DNA from: Eukaryota sp. GEM-RC1
Taxonomy: Eukaryota
Assembly: GCA_040285855.1 (NCBI GenBank)
Contig: JAUFOQ010000003.1
Span: 1,984,001-2,048,000 of the forward strand
DNA length: 64,000 nt
Direction: 5' to 3'
Part shown: positions 48,258-61,870 of the stretch, piece after piece
How the letters are laid out: each line of letters begins with the position of its first letter
How positions within the stretch are numbered: position 1 is the stretch's first letter
Position numbers and translations under genes: made by a program
Notes under the pieces: generated by a model
What the model saw: only the letters and a program-made list of their open reading frames with translations
The model's database searches: none
Told to the model about the DNA's origin: nothing

Positions 48258-51200
48258 ATGGACACAGACGATGTTATTCATCAACTTATCGAGGATGTCA
48301 ATACGAACCCGAATCCCACTGCGTCTCTGAATGAATTTTGTTCAGTTGTTGATAGATCTCTGTCTACTGATCCCGACAACATACCAATTCTGCAGCACTA
48401 TGTGCACCAACTGTATTGTGCTCTTTGTGATAAACCCACGGTAGCCCCAAACGCTCTTGGCAGTATCTCCAATTTTCTTTGTTGGCTTGCTCTTCATTGG
48501 ATTCGTTTTTGTAAGGAACAATCCCACGCCGAACTCACGGTGGAATTTGCCAAGATCTTCTTCATCCAGGATACCTACCTCCACCATGCTCTCACTAGCA
48601 TTCCTAACTTGAACATTGAACAGTTTCACATCAGTTTAGCTGACCGTGTATTCAAACCAGCCACGATCCAACAACTTTCTGATGCCATTGCCCCTACAAC
48701 CCCCTTCTTTAACATCAATGCCATCCTATTCTTCTGCGTACATGCTGCTGTCTACATGAAACCCGATGTCAAGCAGAAACTGCTCGTATCCTTCATCTCC
48801 CAGCTGAACTCTCTTGCCAACAACATCTCTGATACATTTCTTCAATCTTTCGCTGTTGTTAACATTAAGGAAATCTTGGTCCGTTTCAAGGCATTTATTG
48901 ACAGATCCGTTCACAAGCACCACGCGGACTTCTTTTATCAGTCAGTGTCGTTCTCTTTTGGGACAGCTCTTGTTACTAAATGTCGATCACTGGAAGCACA
49001 ACTACTTGGATTAAAAGAGCTCTCACAACTTTCCAAAACCGTCACCCAGTTAAAAACCATGGGTAGACTTTCACCACCAAACATCCAATCATTTGACGAG
49101 AGTTCCTTGGCACGTTCACTTGTACAGAAGGGGGTTGTGGATCACGTTTTAAATAATTCAGAAATTCATACTGAGATTATTAGAAAATTCAAACCTTTAT
49201 TGTTATTGGTTGCGAGACAAAACGAATTAACTTTTGAAAACGTCCACAAATTAACAACTCTCTTCCAAAACGGCCATCAAAGTGTTCAAGCAGAAGTAGG
49301 TCAAATCATTGGAGAAATCCTCCCAGTACTTTCCCCTTCTCATCAAGAAGAGCTCTGGAATGACTTTTCACAGTCACTTCCTCCTGTAGATACGCTTCTC
49401 CCCGCTGACGTTGAGTTTATTTGTATGATCACCAAAGCAGCCAAGAAGTCTCTTAGTGCTAACCGTCAGTTCGGGATACCCATACTCTTTGATGCTCTAT
49501 GTTGTGGCGGGAGTTATGAGGCCTACGCACAATCACTTGGTCAAATTTTAGTTGAATTGGGCAGGAGTCACGTCATTTTCCAGAACTATTTTGCTTTGTT
49601 TTTGACCCGTTTGTCCAATCATAATCACGTGGTGCCAATCATTTCAGTTCTACTCTACATTCTTCGTGAATCTCCAATCACTGATATGAGCTTTTGGGCA
49701 AATGATTCTAACAATTTATCAAAAGTCATTTTATCAGATCTTCAGCACTATTTTTCTAAAATTTCAATTTCTTCACTTCAATCACTGACTGACGACGAAA
49801 TTCCCTCTCAAATACTTGTCCCACCTTATTCTCATACTGACAATGTTAAACAACGTCTGGCTTTTCTATTGACTTTGAGAAAGACTACGTTCAGACCGTT
49901 AGTTCAATCAGAACTTGTTATTCTGTGGGATACACTACTTAATAATGGTATCTGTCAGTTCGACAACACCATCCTTTACAATTTGTTAATTGAATTAGAA
50001 GAAATGGGCTTAATTGTACCGGAAATGAGTAAACTTTTACTGGAACAAAAGGTTTACCAGTTCAATTTCTCAAAGCTTACTCTGGAAGGTTGGGAGTTCA
50101 TCTGTCACTTTTTTAGAACTGTTAATTTGGAATCACGTGCCCTGATTCCTGAGTCTGCAGATCCAAATGCTTCTGTTTTCGTAAACTCTTTGAGTCTTTC
50201 AGGTGAAGAATATCTATGGAGAACTCTTTTGGAATCTGATGACATACTATCAGAAGTTGCCGCTCAATTCCTTATCGACAACTTGTCCCCCAACACGTCA
50301 GCATTTGTCGTTGATCTCTTCACTTCTTTCATGACCAAGGTCTTGACACATCTCCAGCAGACATGTGATCAGTTCAACAGTGGAAGTCATGATAGTGTAG
50401 TTCAAATTCATCGGATTCTTTCTTTACTTTCTGGTTGTTTGTTGAAGTTTTATTATTATTCTCCTGAAATCCCCCACTCTCAAGAAATGTCTAAATACGA
50501 AGCCTTTAATATTCGCATTAACTTCTTTAATCCATGCCCAACAATCAAACCTCCATCATGTATGTTTAATCTTTCCCTAAGCGGAAACTCAACTGTTTCA
50601 GACCTACGTGAAGCTATTAAGGCTCATGTTGGTGTTGCAGACGGTTCAATTGTTCGTTTGTTTTTAAATTCAACTCCCTTGTTCTGTGGTTCTTTACCTC
50701 TCGGAGCTATTAAACTAAAGAAAGGCCAAATCATTGTAGCCAAGCTATTGTCTAGTATCGCTTTACGTAGGGACGATCACTCCTTGTTATCTATTGAGCC
50801 TCACCTATGGCACCCTAGTATCCTTTTACTCAAGAAGGCTGGCTTTGACACGTTGTGGAAGTTGTTGGATGTTCATCAAGGTAATATCAACTCTGACGCT
50901 TATGAGATTCTCTGTCTTTTGCCTTCTCCTCATGAGTTGGTGACTTCTGTTGTTGGGCTTTCTCAACCGTTAAAGGAAATGTTGGACACTGGGAATCATT
51001 TCAAACTGTCATATATGATTGATTTGATGAACTCTACATGTGGGTCATATCTCCACCAATCACAATCAGAGAACGTGACTGATTTGATGGAACAAAGTCC
51101 TCGAATTGATGAAGAAAGTCGTAAACTTTGGAAGGATCAACTGATTGAAAATGGAGAAATGAATCATCTCATTGATGTTTTCCACCAGCTAATTACTTCA

Positions 51201-54200
51201 GAGTTCTTTGTTTTCTCTGATAAGTTTTCAATGAAAACTCTGACAAGATTTCTTCAATTGATTGGTCGAATCATTTTACATTCGGACTTTGTATTACACA
51301 ACTTCCCTTCATCTGATCCAAATTCAAGTGATCGAGCAAGCTTTCTACCCATCACTCCTTTTGATGTCGAAAATTTAAATATTTCATTTGATGTTTTGGT
51401 CTTTGTCAGTGACCTTTGTACTATTGCAAGACGTGTTTCTGAAGATCAAGCTCTTTTGCTCCAATCATTGTTGATTTGTGTCTCGTGTTGTCAAGTGCTT
51501 TTATTGCTAATTCTAACAAAGTCCTACTCACTCTTTTAGAGTCAAAAATATTTGAAACCTCCTTTACTTCTCTTCTTTCTAGCCCTTCAGCTTCAGTCAG
51601 AGCAGCTACTGCTGATGTATTGTGGTTTCTCATTCAAAACAATCGTGGTACGCTGATTTCCCACGAAGTCAACGCTCCATCATGGGTAACAAACCTCGAC
51701 ATCCACGTTGAGGACTATATTGGTCAAATCTTATTAGACTTGTGTACTAAGATTGAAGCTAACTCAGCCAAAGAACTCTTCAATCTCACTATATCAATCC
51801 TACCAATACTAGTAGCCACCCACTCAGTTGATGGCTTTGGTGAAGTCTTTTGTACTTTACGAGTTCTCCTCAATAGCTTACCCTCTAGTGAACATGACTC
51901 TCATGCATTACCAGACTACAAGCTTTCAGGTATCTTTAGAGTGTTGTCCACTATAGTGTCACTCGGGGGCTCCAAGTTTCTAAATCAAACGTGTGGAGCA
52001 GTGTTTCTTTCCAATCATTCGTCTTAAATGATTGTTTGTTTGATGTTGCCGCCAATAAGTTCAAACCCAAGTGCAAGACCCAGTTCACTCGTAGATGTGC
52101 TTTCGATCTCCTTCTTCATTTCTCTAACCATTGTACTGAGACAGTCCAGACTGTTCTTGGTCGTATGAATGCAATGTTTGTTAACGTTGATCACGTTAGC
52201 CAACATTGGCCTAAGACTTGGGTCTATAATCCTTCTTTGCAAGAGAGATTCAGTGGAACTTACTGTGGGTTACGTAACTTGTCTGCTACTTGCTACTTGA
52301 ATTCCCTTCTTCAACAGCTCTACATGATCCCTGCTTTCCGCCACGACTTAGTCAGAGCAGGAAGTGTTACTGGAGAGCCACTAGACATTGGCAAGAAAGT
52401 CTTTCAATTACAAAAGTTGTTTGTAGACCTTCAACTCTCAGTCAGAAAGTCAGTTGATACCAAGACCTTTGTTGAGAACATGGAGGATCCCGAAGGCCAA
52501 CCTTTGAATCCTTATGTCCAAATGGATCTACATGAGTTCTTGTCTTGTTTGTTTGACAAGGCTGGGGAGGAGTTGAAGAACAGTAACTTAAAGGTTGATT
52601 TGTTTGAAGTGTATTTTGGAGGTAGTATTCAACATCAAATAATACCAAGATGTGAACATAAGTCAATCAGAAGTGAAGGATTTGTTGCTCTTTCCCTTCC
52701 CGTTTATGGAAAGTCTGACCTCCATGGCTGTCTTGAGTTGCTTGTCGAAGCTGACGTTCTTGATGGATCTAATAAGTATCAATGTGATTCTTGTGATTCT
52801 AAAATAACTGCAGTAAAACGCTGTTTATTACACGAACTTCCAAATACCCTGTTGTTACACTTGAGGAGATTTGACTTTAATTTCGAAGTTATGAAGAAAA
52901 TTAAAATTTATGATGAAATTTCCTTCCCCTTAGAAGTCGACTTCTCTGAATGGGCCACTGATGAGTTCTCCGATGACTACTACAAATACGAACTCTCTGG
53001 TGTTATCATCCATGCTGGAACCTCAGACAGTGGACATTATTATGCCTTCATTAGAGAACGAACTGGGGATCGAAAGTGGTATTTGTTTAATGATTCATCA
53101 GTTGATGAAGTTGACTTTCCTAAGAATTACCACAACTGGTGTTTCGGTGGAGCAGCTAGGGAAGGCTTTAGAGACCCCGCTACTCAAAGAGACGTACCCA
53201 AGGGAGAGAATCTTGTCTTTTCTGCTTATGTTTTGGTTTATGATCGGATTAAACCTGTTCCAGAAAAAGGACATTATTTGGACCCAATTGTTCCGTTTAA
53301 TGATCCGTTGCCTAATCATTTTGAGAAAATCGTGTTCCAATCAAATACTTCATTTTTAAAAGATTTGACGATTTATGAGCCTGCATATCATGATTTCTGT
53401 ATTTCTTTCTTTAACAGATTAATCACACAATCATTAGCTCAAATTGACCCAAAACTCGTCACAGTATTAGCTGACTCCTTTGCTGTCGCCACGTCCCTTA
53501 CAAATAAGTTAAAAAAATTGCGGTTAAGCCAGTTTAGCACTTTAGATTCTTCTATTATGGATGTTAATAACGCCAAATTCATGGAAAAATTCAAATCTGT
53601 TCAGCATATTACAGTTACTGTTGATGATCTCCAACAAATTGCACATCTTTTTGACGTCTTGTTACTTAACTTCTATGGATGTGTAGTTCACTCTAGTAAC
53701 AGAATCGTACTCCCTTTCTTTGAGGTTCTCCTCGGGACTCTATGTATGGTTTTCCCTAGTATTGCTGAGTCTTTCATTCTGTCTTTGTCGAATGATGGGA
53801 TTTCGGCACCTTTTTCTCATATAATTCTGTCTTGTCCTGTAGAGTTTGTTAGAAATTGTTTTGCTCGAATTGTTGAATGTGCTTTGCATTCTTGTTGGAA
53901 CAGTATTGATGTGTTGAAGTTCCGGGAGACTTCTCGTTTTGAACAACTAATTTGCTTTAAATTTATTAAATTAGTGGACGGTCTGCTTCAGATATCACGT
54001 CACCACTGGAGAAATTATTCATCATTTTTCAAAATTTTGAATACTTTTGCTTCTTTTTCCCTCGTCACCAAGCAATTACTCTCCTCTATGGATATTCCTT
54101 TCAAACTGGTCAGCTATATCATTGCAGATTGGTTGGATATCTTCTATTTCCCCGTACTTCCACGATTTACTACTAAAATTAAAGATGAAAAAAGTACCGC

Positions 54201-56507
54201 TGACACGAGTCAAATTATTGAAATATTGGCAAATATACTTACCGATTGCTCTAATCTTTTGACATCTCTGAACCTATTGAACCTTTTTCGTCTTCAGATC
54301 TTACTGTCTCTAATCAATTCTCTTCTATCATTTTTGATAAGCACTTTTGGGCAGTTGTTTTCCTATCTGCAAAGAGTACAAGGTCTCTTTATTCCTTTGT
54401 AAGAATCTTCACAAGTTCTGAAGCAGGTTTAAGGTCTGTCTGCCTTGGGTTTCTAGAAGCAGCGCACTATATTGTGGATATATCCACATTTTTGGGATTC
54501 TTTGAATTATTATTTTCCATTGATGATGGTCTCACTGAGTCTCGCTTTTCAATGTTTTCGAGAGTTTTCGTCAAAATTCTTACTGATAGTTTCGCTTCGT
54601 GTACTGTAAATTCACTTTTACTAATGCTTTCCAGTCTTGCAGTTACTTTCCCTTTAATTGTTGATAACTTAGTATTGAGATCGCCATGGTTTGACTTAAT
54701 ATTTTCTAAAAATTATGAAATTAAGTCCTCATGCCTAGAACTGTGTCAAAGTATGTTGACGTCTTCTGAATCTTCAGCCGCGTATTTCACAAATCTTTTA
54801 TTAGATAACTTTCCTGAACTCGTCCCATCACAAGAACACGTTTATCTCAATCAATTTGATTGCTATTTCAAATTGTCACTATCAGTCATCAACTCGTTGA
54901 TTGAAGAAACAAATTTTGATTTACTAATCCACTTCTTTGGTTTGATCTCATCACTTTCCAACTTGTTATCATCTTTCATTTCCGCTGCCGTTTCCATCCA
55001 TTCATTTTCCAATGTATTTGCAATCCTACATTTATGCCTTACAGATGAGAGAATTCTATCAAATGCAGAGTTTCTCGCTGTAGTGGATTTCCAACACTAT
55101 TTCGACATTACTTTGCTTACTTCTCTCATCCATATTCCTATTCCTGGAGTTCAGCTCTGGCCCACACAGGTTCCGTCAGATTTCTTCTCCCAATTCTTTG
55201 ATTTGTTTACTGTGGGACTGGACAAGAAAGTTGTGGAGAATCAAGTTCAAGCAGAGCTTGCTAAGATTGTGATTCAGAAATTTGTACCACTGTTTTGTAA
55301 ATCTTTCCAAAACCTAAATGATACCGCTGCTATTGCATTTGGACGCCTTCTCTCTGAACTTTTTAATTATTCCATTAACATTTGTGATTCTGTCGCCACC
55401 ATCATTCGTAGCCTCCAACCAAGATCTTTTACTACTGTTCAGTCAGGATTCTTTATAATCTACGGGCTACTCTTAAGCCGTAATGGAAAAGTTTTTGACT
55501 GTTTGACTAAGTTAGATACTTGCAAGATCTTGGCGAAGTGTATTCCTTTCTTTGATCTGGACTCCACGTCATCAGTTCCGTTTGTGGAAAGTCTTTGCGT
55601 GTTGGTTCGTCATTCAGTTAATAGTGATATCTTTAAACGATTTTGCAAAACAATTCAATCAGATATCATGTTGTTGCTTAGAAGAGGCTTGAACCCACTT
55701 GACGGCAATCAGAATCAACAACACGTTTACAAGGCAAAATCGGTAATTTTTGATCTAATCATCTTTTTATATGAGCGCAACCTTTATGTAACACCATCTA
55801 TCAGTGCATGCATTGAAGTTTTGTCCTCATGTTGTATCAGATCCTCTAAACAGTTCAACATCCTCCTCTGCCGATTCTTCCTTCAAATGACGGTGCCCAG
55901 AATTCGTGAATACAAAGCTCTTGATTCCAAACTTCAACAGAATTGTTCATACATGCTAGTCGTGGCACTTTGGTTAGCTATCTGCTCTGAAAGTGTTTCA
56001 CTGATGAAACAATCTTTTGATTTGTTAAAGTCTTTAGTGGTTTGTGGAGGTACTTGTACCCATTCAGTTTGTGATGAATATATGAAATCTATTGTTTCAT
56101 CAGCTGTAGAATCTCATTACTCTGGATTCTTCTTTAGAGATATTTTCCCAATTTTAAAAAGTTCAAATCGTGATCCTAATGTGTTTTTCTTGCCGTTTTT
56201 GCCTAAATTAGCCACATCTGTTCGTCAATTTTTGGTCGAAATTGAACTGAAACAAGAATTCACTCAACTCTTTAATACTCAGACTTCTTTTGATGACGTA
56301 TTGTCTTTACTCGAGACAATGTCTACTAATGTTGCTTCAGCAAACTATATCAACTTCTTAAGTAACGTGCTTTTGTTAGTAACTGGGTCTGATCTTTGTT
56401 CAGATGTTCCTGATGACGTGGTGGAAGTTCTTAATCAAATAGAAAATCTCAGAAGTAAAGGTCTTCTTCCAGATATGGTAAAGATTGATCCGAGTTGTAC
56501 AGATTAG
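48258..56507 (+). CDS. Giant ubiquitin-specific protease (USP9X/USP24/USP34-like); three apparent -1 frameshifts near 51455, 52009 and 54258
   Basis: Cys box GLRNLSATCYLNSLLQQLYMIP, QMDLHEF, LHLRRFDF, His box IIHAGTSDSGHYYAFIRER, WYLFNDSSV, SAYVLVY; long helical flanks and a Ubl-like segment (TVSDLREAIK). Four ORFs join by single-T additions. Confidence 0.9.
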
Positions 56508-56809
56508 GTTTCATTTTATAGTGTAAATAAATATTGGTTTGAACTCTTTGTATTGGTTCTCAGATATCACTGTAACAGAATACACTCTCTTTTCTGGTTG
56601 TTGATGTCTTGTCAATAGTTTAGGTATGCTAATTCTGAAATGAAATCTAACCTGAATGGATGGAATCAAACTGAATTAATTTAGGTTTATTGTTAGACTA
56701 ATGATATCGATGAAGATAGAGTACACATGTCGAAATTCATTTTCCAGTCCACAATTGTTGTGATTCATGTGAAGAAACTTTATGATTATTAATGTAAAAA
56801 TTTCTTCCA

Positions 56810-57388
56810 ATGGCTTCTCGAGGTGTTGCAGAAACTGATCGTCTTAAAGCAAACATCGAAGCACAACTTTCACGTCTTTTCATCCAACTAGAAGATCTTG
56901 AAGAACTTCGTGCTGAACTTGATGATGAAGAATATGAGATCACAAAAGCCGATACCATAGAACAAATGAAGGACTTTAAGAAGAACCTTGACAGAACTGT
57001 TGCTGGTAATCTCTCTCTTGTAGATGAACTGGGGTCTATCCAACTTGCCATGCAAGCAGCCATTTCAGAAGCATTCAAAACTCCCAAAGTCATTCAAATG
57101 TTTGCTGCTGCACAACCTGGTCAGCTACGACAACATCTTCAGAATCTCACTCGTGACTGCAAGCTCAACAAACTATCAAAACCACATTTCATTGAACAAA
57201 AACTGGAGATTCTGGTCGCTCTAAAGAAGCTCGGTGAAACTCTAACAGAAAAGGAAGACGGCTTCATCTCTAAACACACCAATCCCAACCTACAGTCCTT
57301 TGAAGGGGTTGGATCTGGATATGCATCAACGCAGTTCCGTCAACAAATTGCCTCTGAGATTGTTGATGCTAACGATATTACAAGCTAG
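56810..57388 (+). CDS. LZIC: LZIC (leucine zipper and ICAT domain) protein
   Basis: MASRGVAETDRLKANIEAQLSRL, QLAMQAAISEAFKTPKVIQMFA, QPGQLR, KLEILVALKKLGE. Confidence 0.95.
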   Translation: MASRGVAETDRLKANIEAQLSRLFIQLEDLEELRAELDDEEYEITKADTIEQMKDFKKNLDRTVAGNLSLVDELGSIQLAMQAAISEAFKTPKVIQMFAAAQPGQLRQHLQNLTRDCKLNKLSKPHFIEQKLEILVALKKLGETLTEKEDGFISKHTNPNLQSFEGVGSGYASTQFRQQIASEIVDANDITS

Positions 57389-57647
57389 CTTATTCTGTGT
57401 TAATTTATTTGTTGTATAAAAGGGGTTCCAGGATTTGTCTTTAAAAAAGCACTGTAACTACATGCAATACTGTTAGTATGATAGTTGCGTTTTGATGCGG
57501 TGATTGTAAGCGATCCAACGAGATGTCTATATGTAGCTGATTCTGTAAATCGAGTTTGATCTTACTTTGAGCTTTTCGACTTAATACGAGTGTTTCGAAA
57601 ATACTGTGTTAAAAAACCAACTACATTGTACTTGCAAGAGTAATGAT

Positions 57648-59060
57648 TAGAGATGGGAAAATACTAGACCTTGGAATCGGATTTTTTATCTCAAATCCGA
57701 TCCGATCCGAATCTGACTGATGGAGATCTGAATCCGATCCAGATCCTGGTGTTCAATATCCGAATCCGATCCGAAAGATCCGATCGGATTCAGCCTTTAT
57801 ATATAATACATTTCTTAGATTCTGTTTTAATTGTTGCACTTATCTTACTGTTTTAGTTCTATAAAGAAATGACGTCCGTTGAACTGATTGTTTGTAATAA
57901 AGAAGGATAACAAAATTCTATTAAGATTCATTAGTCAAAAAGTAACATTCATTGTCATCATCAAGGAAAAGTCCATCATCTGCCATAAATCCAAATTTTG
58001 TTCATGAATTGAGTAAAACCAATACTGTACTTGAACTGTGTCACATTTGAAAGATGTTCTATTTTGGGACACAGCTAACCCAGCACGGGGAAACCGTTTT
58101 TCACAATGGTACAGACGATATCTGTATTGATCAATAATCAAAGAAGATTAGCAGAATCCCAGAGGACGTCTACTAGTACATCCGAAGAGTAAGACATTTG
58201 AAACAGATGCAGTTTCCGAATTAACTTAGAGAGGAGTCATGTTCAACAGTCATATTTTCAAATCAATCGTTTTCAATAACGTGTAATATTAGTAAAGAAA
58301 CGGGGTTTATGATCAATACAGTTAATCAGTATGTACATGTAATAATTTATTGTTGCAAATATACTCTTATATACAGTTAATTACAGGAATTACTTTTGTT
58401 AAAAATAATAACTCAAAGACACCAACTAATGAATCTATATTAGTATTAGTTAAGTAATCAGATGTATTGTGCGTCCACAACAATATCAAAATCATTAGAA
58501 ATCCGATCGGATATTTCGGATCTGATAGGATAAATCCGATCCGAATCCGAATCCGAGCAAAACCAAGAAAATCGCTCCGATCCGAGAAATCCGATCGGAT
58601 TATCCGATCCGAAGTTGATCCGATTCCAAGGTCTAGAAAATACTCTACTCAAGTACTAGTGAGTAGATACTCGAGTAGAGTATATTGAGTATTACTCGAG
58701 TAGTATTTATACTCACTTTTCTTACGTGTGAGTATATGCTCGAGGACTACTTATCTTAGCTTATTTGATTAATCGAAGCGATCGTATGAATCGATGGAAG
58801 TCTTATACTGTAGCGATAAATAAAAGCGGTATACTTAACGTCTAGGAGTTACTAAAAAATGTTGTTCTTCTTTGCTCAGTGTATTCGGATGGCTAATCAA
58901 TGTGAGTGTGTTGAAGCAATTTTCAGTTTAAGCTGAAATTCGTTATCTGATAAATAGATCTTATTGCTACAAATAGAACATTACAGAGAGGTGTTATTTT
59001 CCTGAAAGTCTAATACAAATGTTTGTTGATGGGCACTCCTCGAGTATTTTCTTATCTCTA
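57648..59060. mobile_element. hAT-type element with TACTCGAGTA subterminal repeats, interrupted inside its left TIR by another element
   Basis: Left TAGAGATGGGAAAATAC[insertion]TC, right end reverse complement TAGAGATAAGAAAATACTC; 8-bp flanks GTAATGAT (57640-57647) and GTAACGAT (59061-59068). Confidence 0.85.
57665..58635 (-). mobile_element. Internally deleted hAT element with (ATCCG)n subterminal repeats and transposase remnant
   Basis: Perfect 18-bp TIR TAGACCTTGGAATCGGAT; perfect TSD GAAAATAC (57657-57664, 58636-58643). Internal CEKRFPRAGLAVSQNRTSFKCDTVQ resembles the hAT dimerisation motif ERxFSxAG-x6-R. Confidence 0.93.
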
Positions 59061-59181
59061 GTAACGATACAATTTCAATTACCATAGGTGTTATCTCAGA
59101 TTTGAAATACTGTAAGTAAGTGATAGTATAATAGTGTACAAAACAGGTTGTTCGATATGTACTCAACGATCAAAAAAGTAT

Positions 59182-60616
59182 TTATTCACAAGATTTCAAG
59201 ATGGGTTTTCCATCTTCTAATTCCAAAACAAAAGTTCCAAATGTAGGTAGCTCGATATAAGGCAAATTCTCTCCAATGACTGAAATTGATGGAGAAACTT
59301 CAATCGTGACTTCCTTGCTGAAACCATTAACGCCAAGTCTAGTTGAAATCCATCTTCGATGAAGGTCTAAAATCATTTGTTTGGCAGTCAAGGGAGAATC
59401 AGCAAGACCATCAATAGGGGGGTTTTTAACTGGGGCAAAGAAATCCTTTCGATCAACTACAAAACAAGCGAAATCTTTGATAGAATCAACAAAGCCAAAA
59501 ACATCAAACACGAACATCTCCAGTTTCAAACCATTTGGTTCTGTTGGTACAACTGTTTGCTTGGTAGCAGAATCCCAAAAGGAATTTTCTTCTTGGCTAG
59601 GTGAAAAGGCAAGGGTAAATCTCCTACAGCCACCTTAGCCACCATTGAAAGACTGAAGTAGTGCGTAGCAATGTTAGCAGCATTAAAGACCAAAGATCCA
59701 TCAGCATGTCTCATGTTTTGTTGTTCTTTTGAAAGTTCCGTATACTCCACCACGTGAGGCATTGGTCCCTTGCCTGTATCATTAAGTCCTACCACACCAA
59801 CACTCTCACTGGGATTTGTCTTCTCAATGCAGAAGTTTGCCACGGAGACGTTCTGTTTCTTACAATAGCCAATGAAATGAGGTTCTGCTGGTAAAGCTAG
59901 GATATTATCAACACCCATAACGAAGATTCCCTCTGTACCAGACTCTTGTAACTTACTTAGAACACCGCTTGAGTGGAGGGCATTGAAGAGACCGCCATTG
60001 CCATCAGGAGATCTAGCGATAACACCTGGTTTCTCTAGAATGATTTTACCGTCAAAAGTAAAACAAGGAAGAGTTGACTGTGGAAAGATATGAACTGAAG
60101 ATGGGTTTAGTCCAAAATAGTTGGATTTTTCAAAAAGTCGACGGTTTCATCATGATTCAATTGTGACGTCATTATGCATAATGGTAGCTTTGAACTGTCT
60201 ACATTAGCCAATCGACAAAGTCCCAGTACTTTTTCAGCAAATATTTGAAATAGTGATTTCTTAGACGGTAGATCAATAGAATACATTCCTTTTGGATGTT
60301 CAAAACCCAGTCTAGTGCCCATACCACCAGCCATTATTACTACAGCGACTTCTCCTCGTGCAATAGACTCCAGACCAGTGTTATAGAGATCAGATTTTTG
60401 TTCCTCTGAGCAATTAGGGAGAGAAAGGCAGAGATTTCTATCAAGGGCAGAGACGTTGGTAGATAGAGATTTCTTTTGGAGGTCTATGACATGGGCTGAA
60501 AGATCTAGTTCAGATTGTTTGAAAGAGTTCAAGAAAGAAGATCTTTCAGTGGAGGGAAGAGAGTTCAGACCTTCTAAAAGATGTGCTTGACCGTTGTTGA
60601 TGAGCGAATTGTCCAT
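59182..60616 (-). CDS. UAP1: UDP-N-acetylglucosamine pyrophosphorylase; two apparent -1 frameshifts near 60128 and 59578
   Basis: GQAHL, MAGGMGTRLGFEHPKG, SLFQI, SPDGNGG, GVDNIL, VVEYTEL, HLAKKKIP, KLEMFVFDVF, FAPVKN, EVSP. Confidence 0.95.
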
Positions 60617-61299
60617 ACAGAGTTATTTGGGACAGAGGTTTTGGTGAAGATGGAGTAAAGGATCACAATCCTGTAATGGAGACGAATTTCAATTAAACTG
60701 TAAATGGCCAAACAATAACTCAAATGTCACACACACAACGTATTATTCGGAAGTATACGTAGGAAATCGGTTCAAATGAACCATGTACTGATGTCACTTA
60801 ATGTTTTATAAGTACATACAAATAGGAAACAGTTCTCACTGCAATGTTGTTCCAAATTACAAGCCCCTCAAATTTTTGATAGTAAGGGTGTGAAACGAAA
60901 ATCATGTACTGTATATATTTTGTTAATAATGGTTGTGGCGTTGTCATGGAACAGTTTGATCCACTTTTGATGAAAAGAGAACAACTTTATTCGGTATCTA
61001 AACAGGTAACCGTCCTACCAAAATATAAATTTGCAAAAAACAAACAAATAATACTAAGACTAGATCCAAACGGCAGATTACGCTTTTTAATATTAATCTC
61101 CAAACCAAACTTCTACAATTTCTCAACTTATAGAGAGAAATAGTAACGAATATTCTAGTATATGGAAATCACAATGCGATTTTTCCATTCAGCCATTCTA
61201 AACTTACACTTGTCCAAAAAAAAAATTGTGTGTTCAAAATTAGAAGAAAGTTTATCGATGAAAGGCACAACAATACACATCATAATGGAAGCTACGAAA

Positions 61300-61585
61300 C
61301 ACTGGACACGGAAAATTTGTGGTGAACAGTTCCACAGTTCTTATTGTTATAATTGATCTAAAAAACTTAGGCATCGAACGGAACAAAGAAAAAATCAAAA
61401 GGTTATGCCAAATGGATAGGTTAAATCTCTTATTCTGAGACTTACAACAGAGATCCAAAATCAGTTAAAAACTGAGAAGCCATTTCACCAATACTACCGA
61501 AAATAGAAATCGCAATTGGAACAAATACAAATTTTGATTGAGTTTAGTAACGTCTATGGAATACAAATCTATTTTACTTTTTTCG
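61300..61585 (+). repeat. Dispersed repeat, second copy of about 33530-33830
   Basis: Direct sequence match to the minus strand of 33530-33830, with indels. Confidence 0.9.
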
Positions 61586-61870
61586 GCTAATTCTAGTGGT
61601 TGAAACCTTTTTGAATTTACGCCGTTAACCATAAGTTTGAGCGCATGGATCTACTGTTGTAACATCAAGGATAAATTGACTGGAATCAATAAAAGGACCA
61701 TGTAAGTCGCCTCGACGAGAATTATTAATTAAATCAAGACCCAACTTACTAAATTATGGTTTCACTCTGGCATGAAATCCACCTACAAACATCCAAAGAA
61801 AAATGTTTTTTGTGTAGACAGGCTTTAAACATGTTAAGTTCATTTGGAATTTTCTTTTTACACCTCTTCA

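Noticed and set aside
57680..58625. ORFs rich in IRSD/RIRI and (ATCCG)n suggesting telomere-like or repeat proteins
   Set aside because: They are translations of subterminal repeats inside a TIR/TSD-bounded element.
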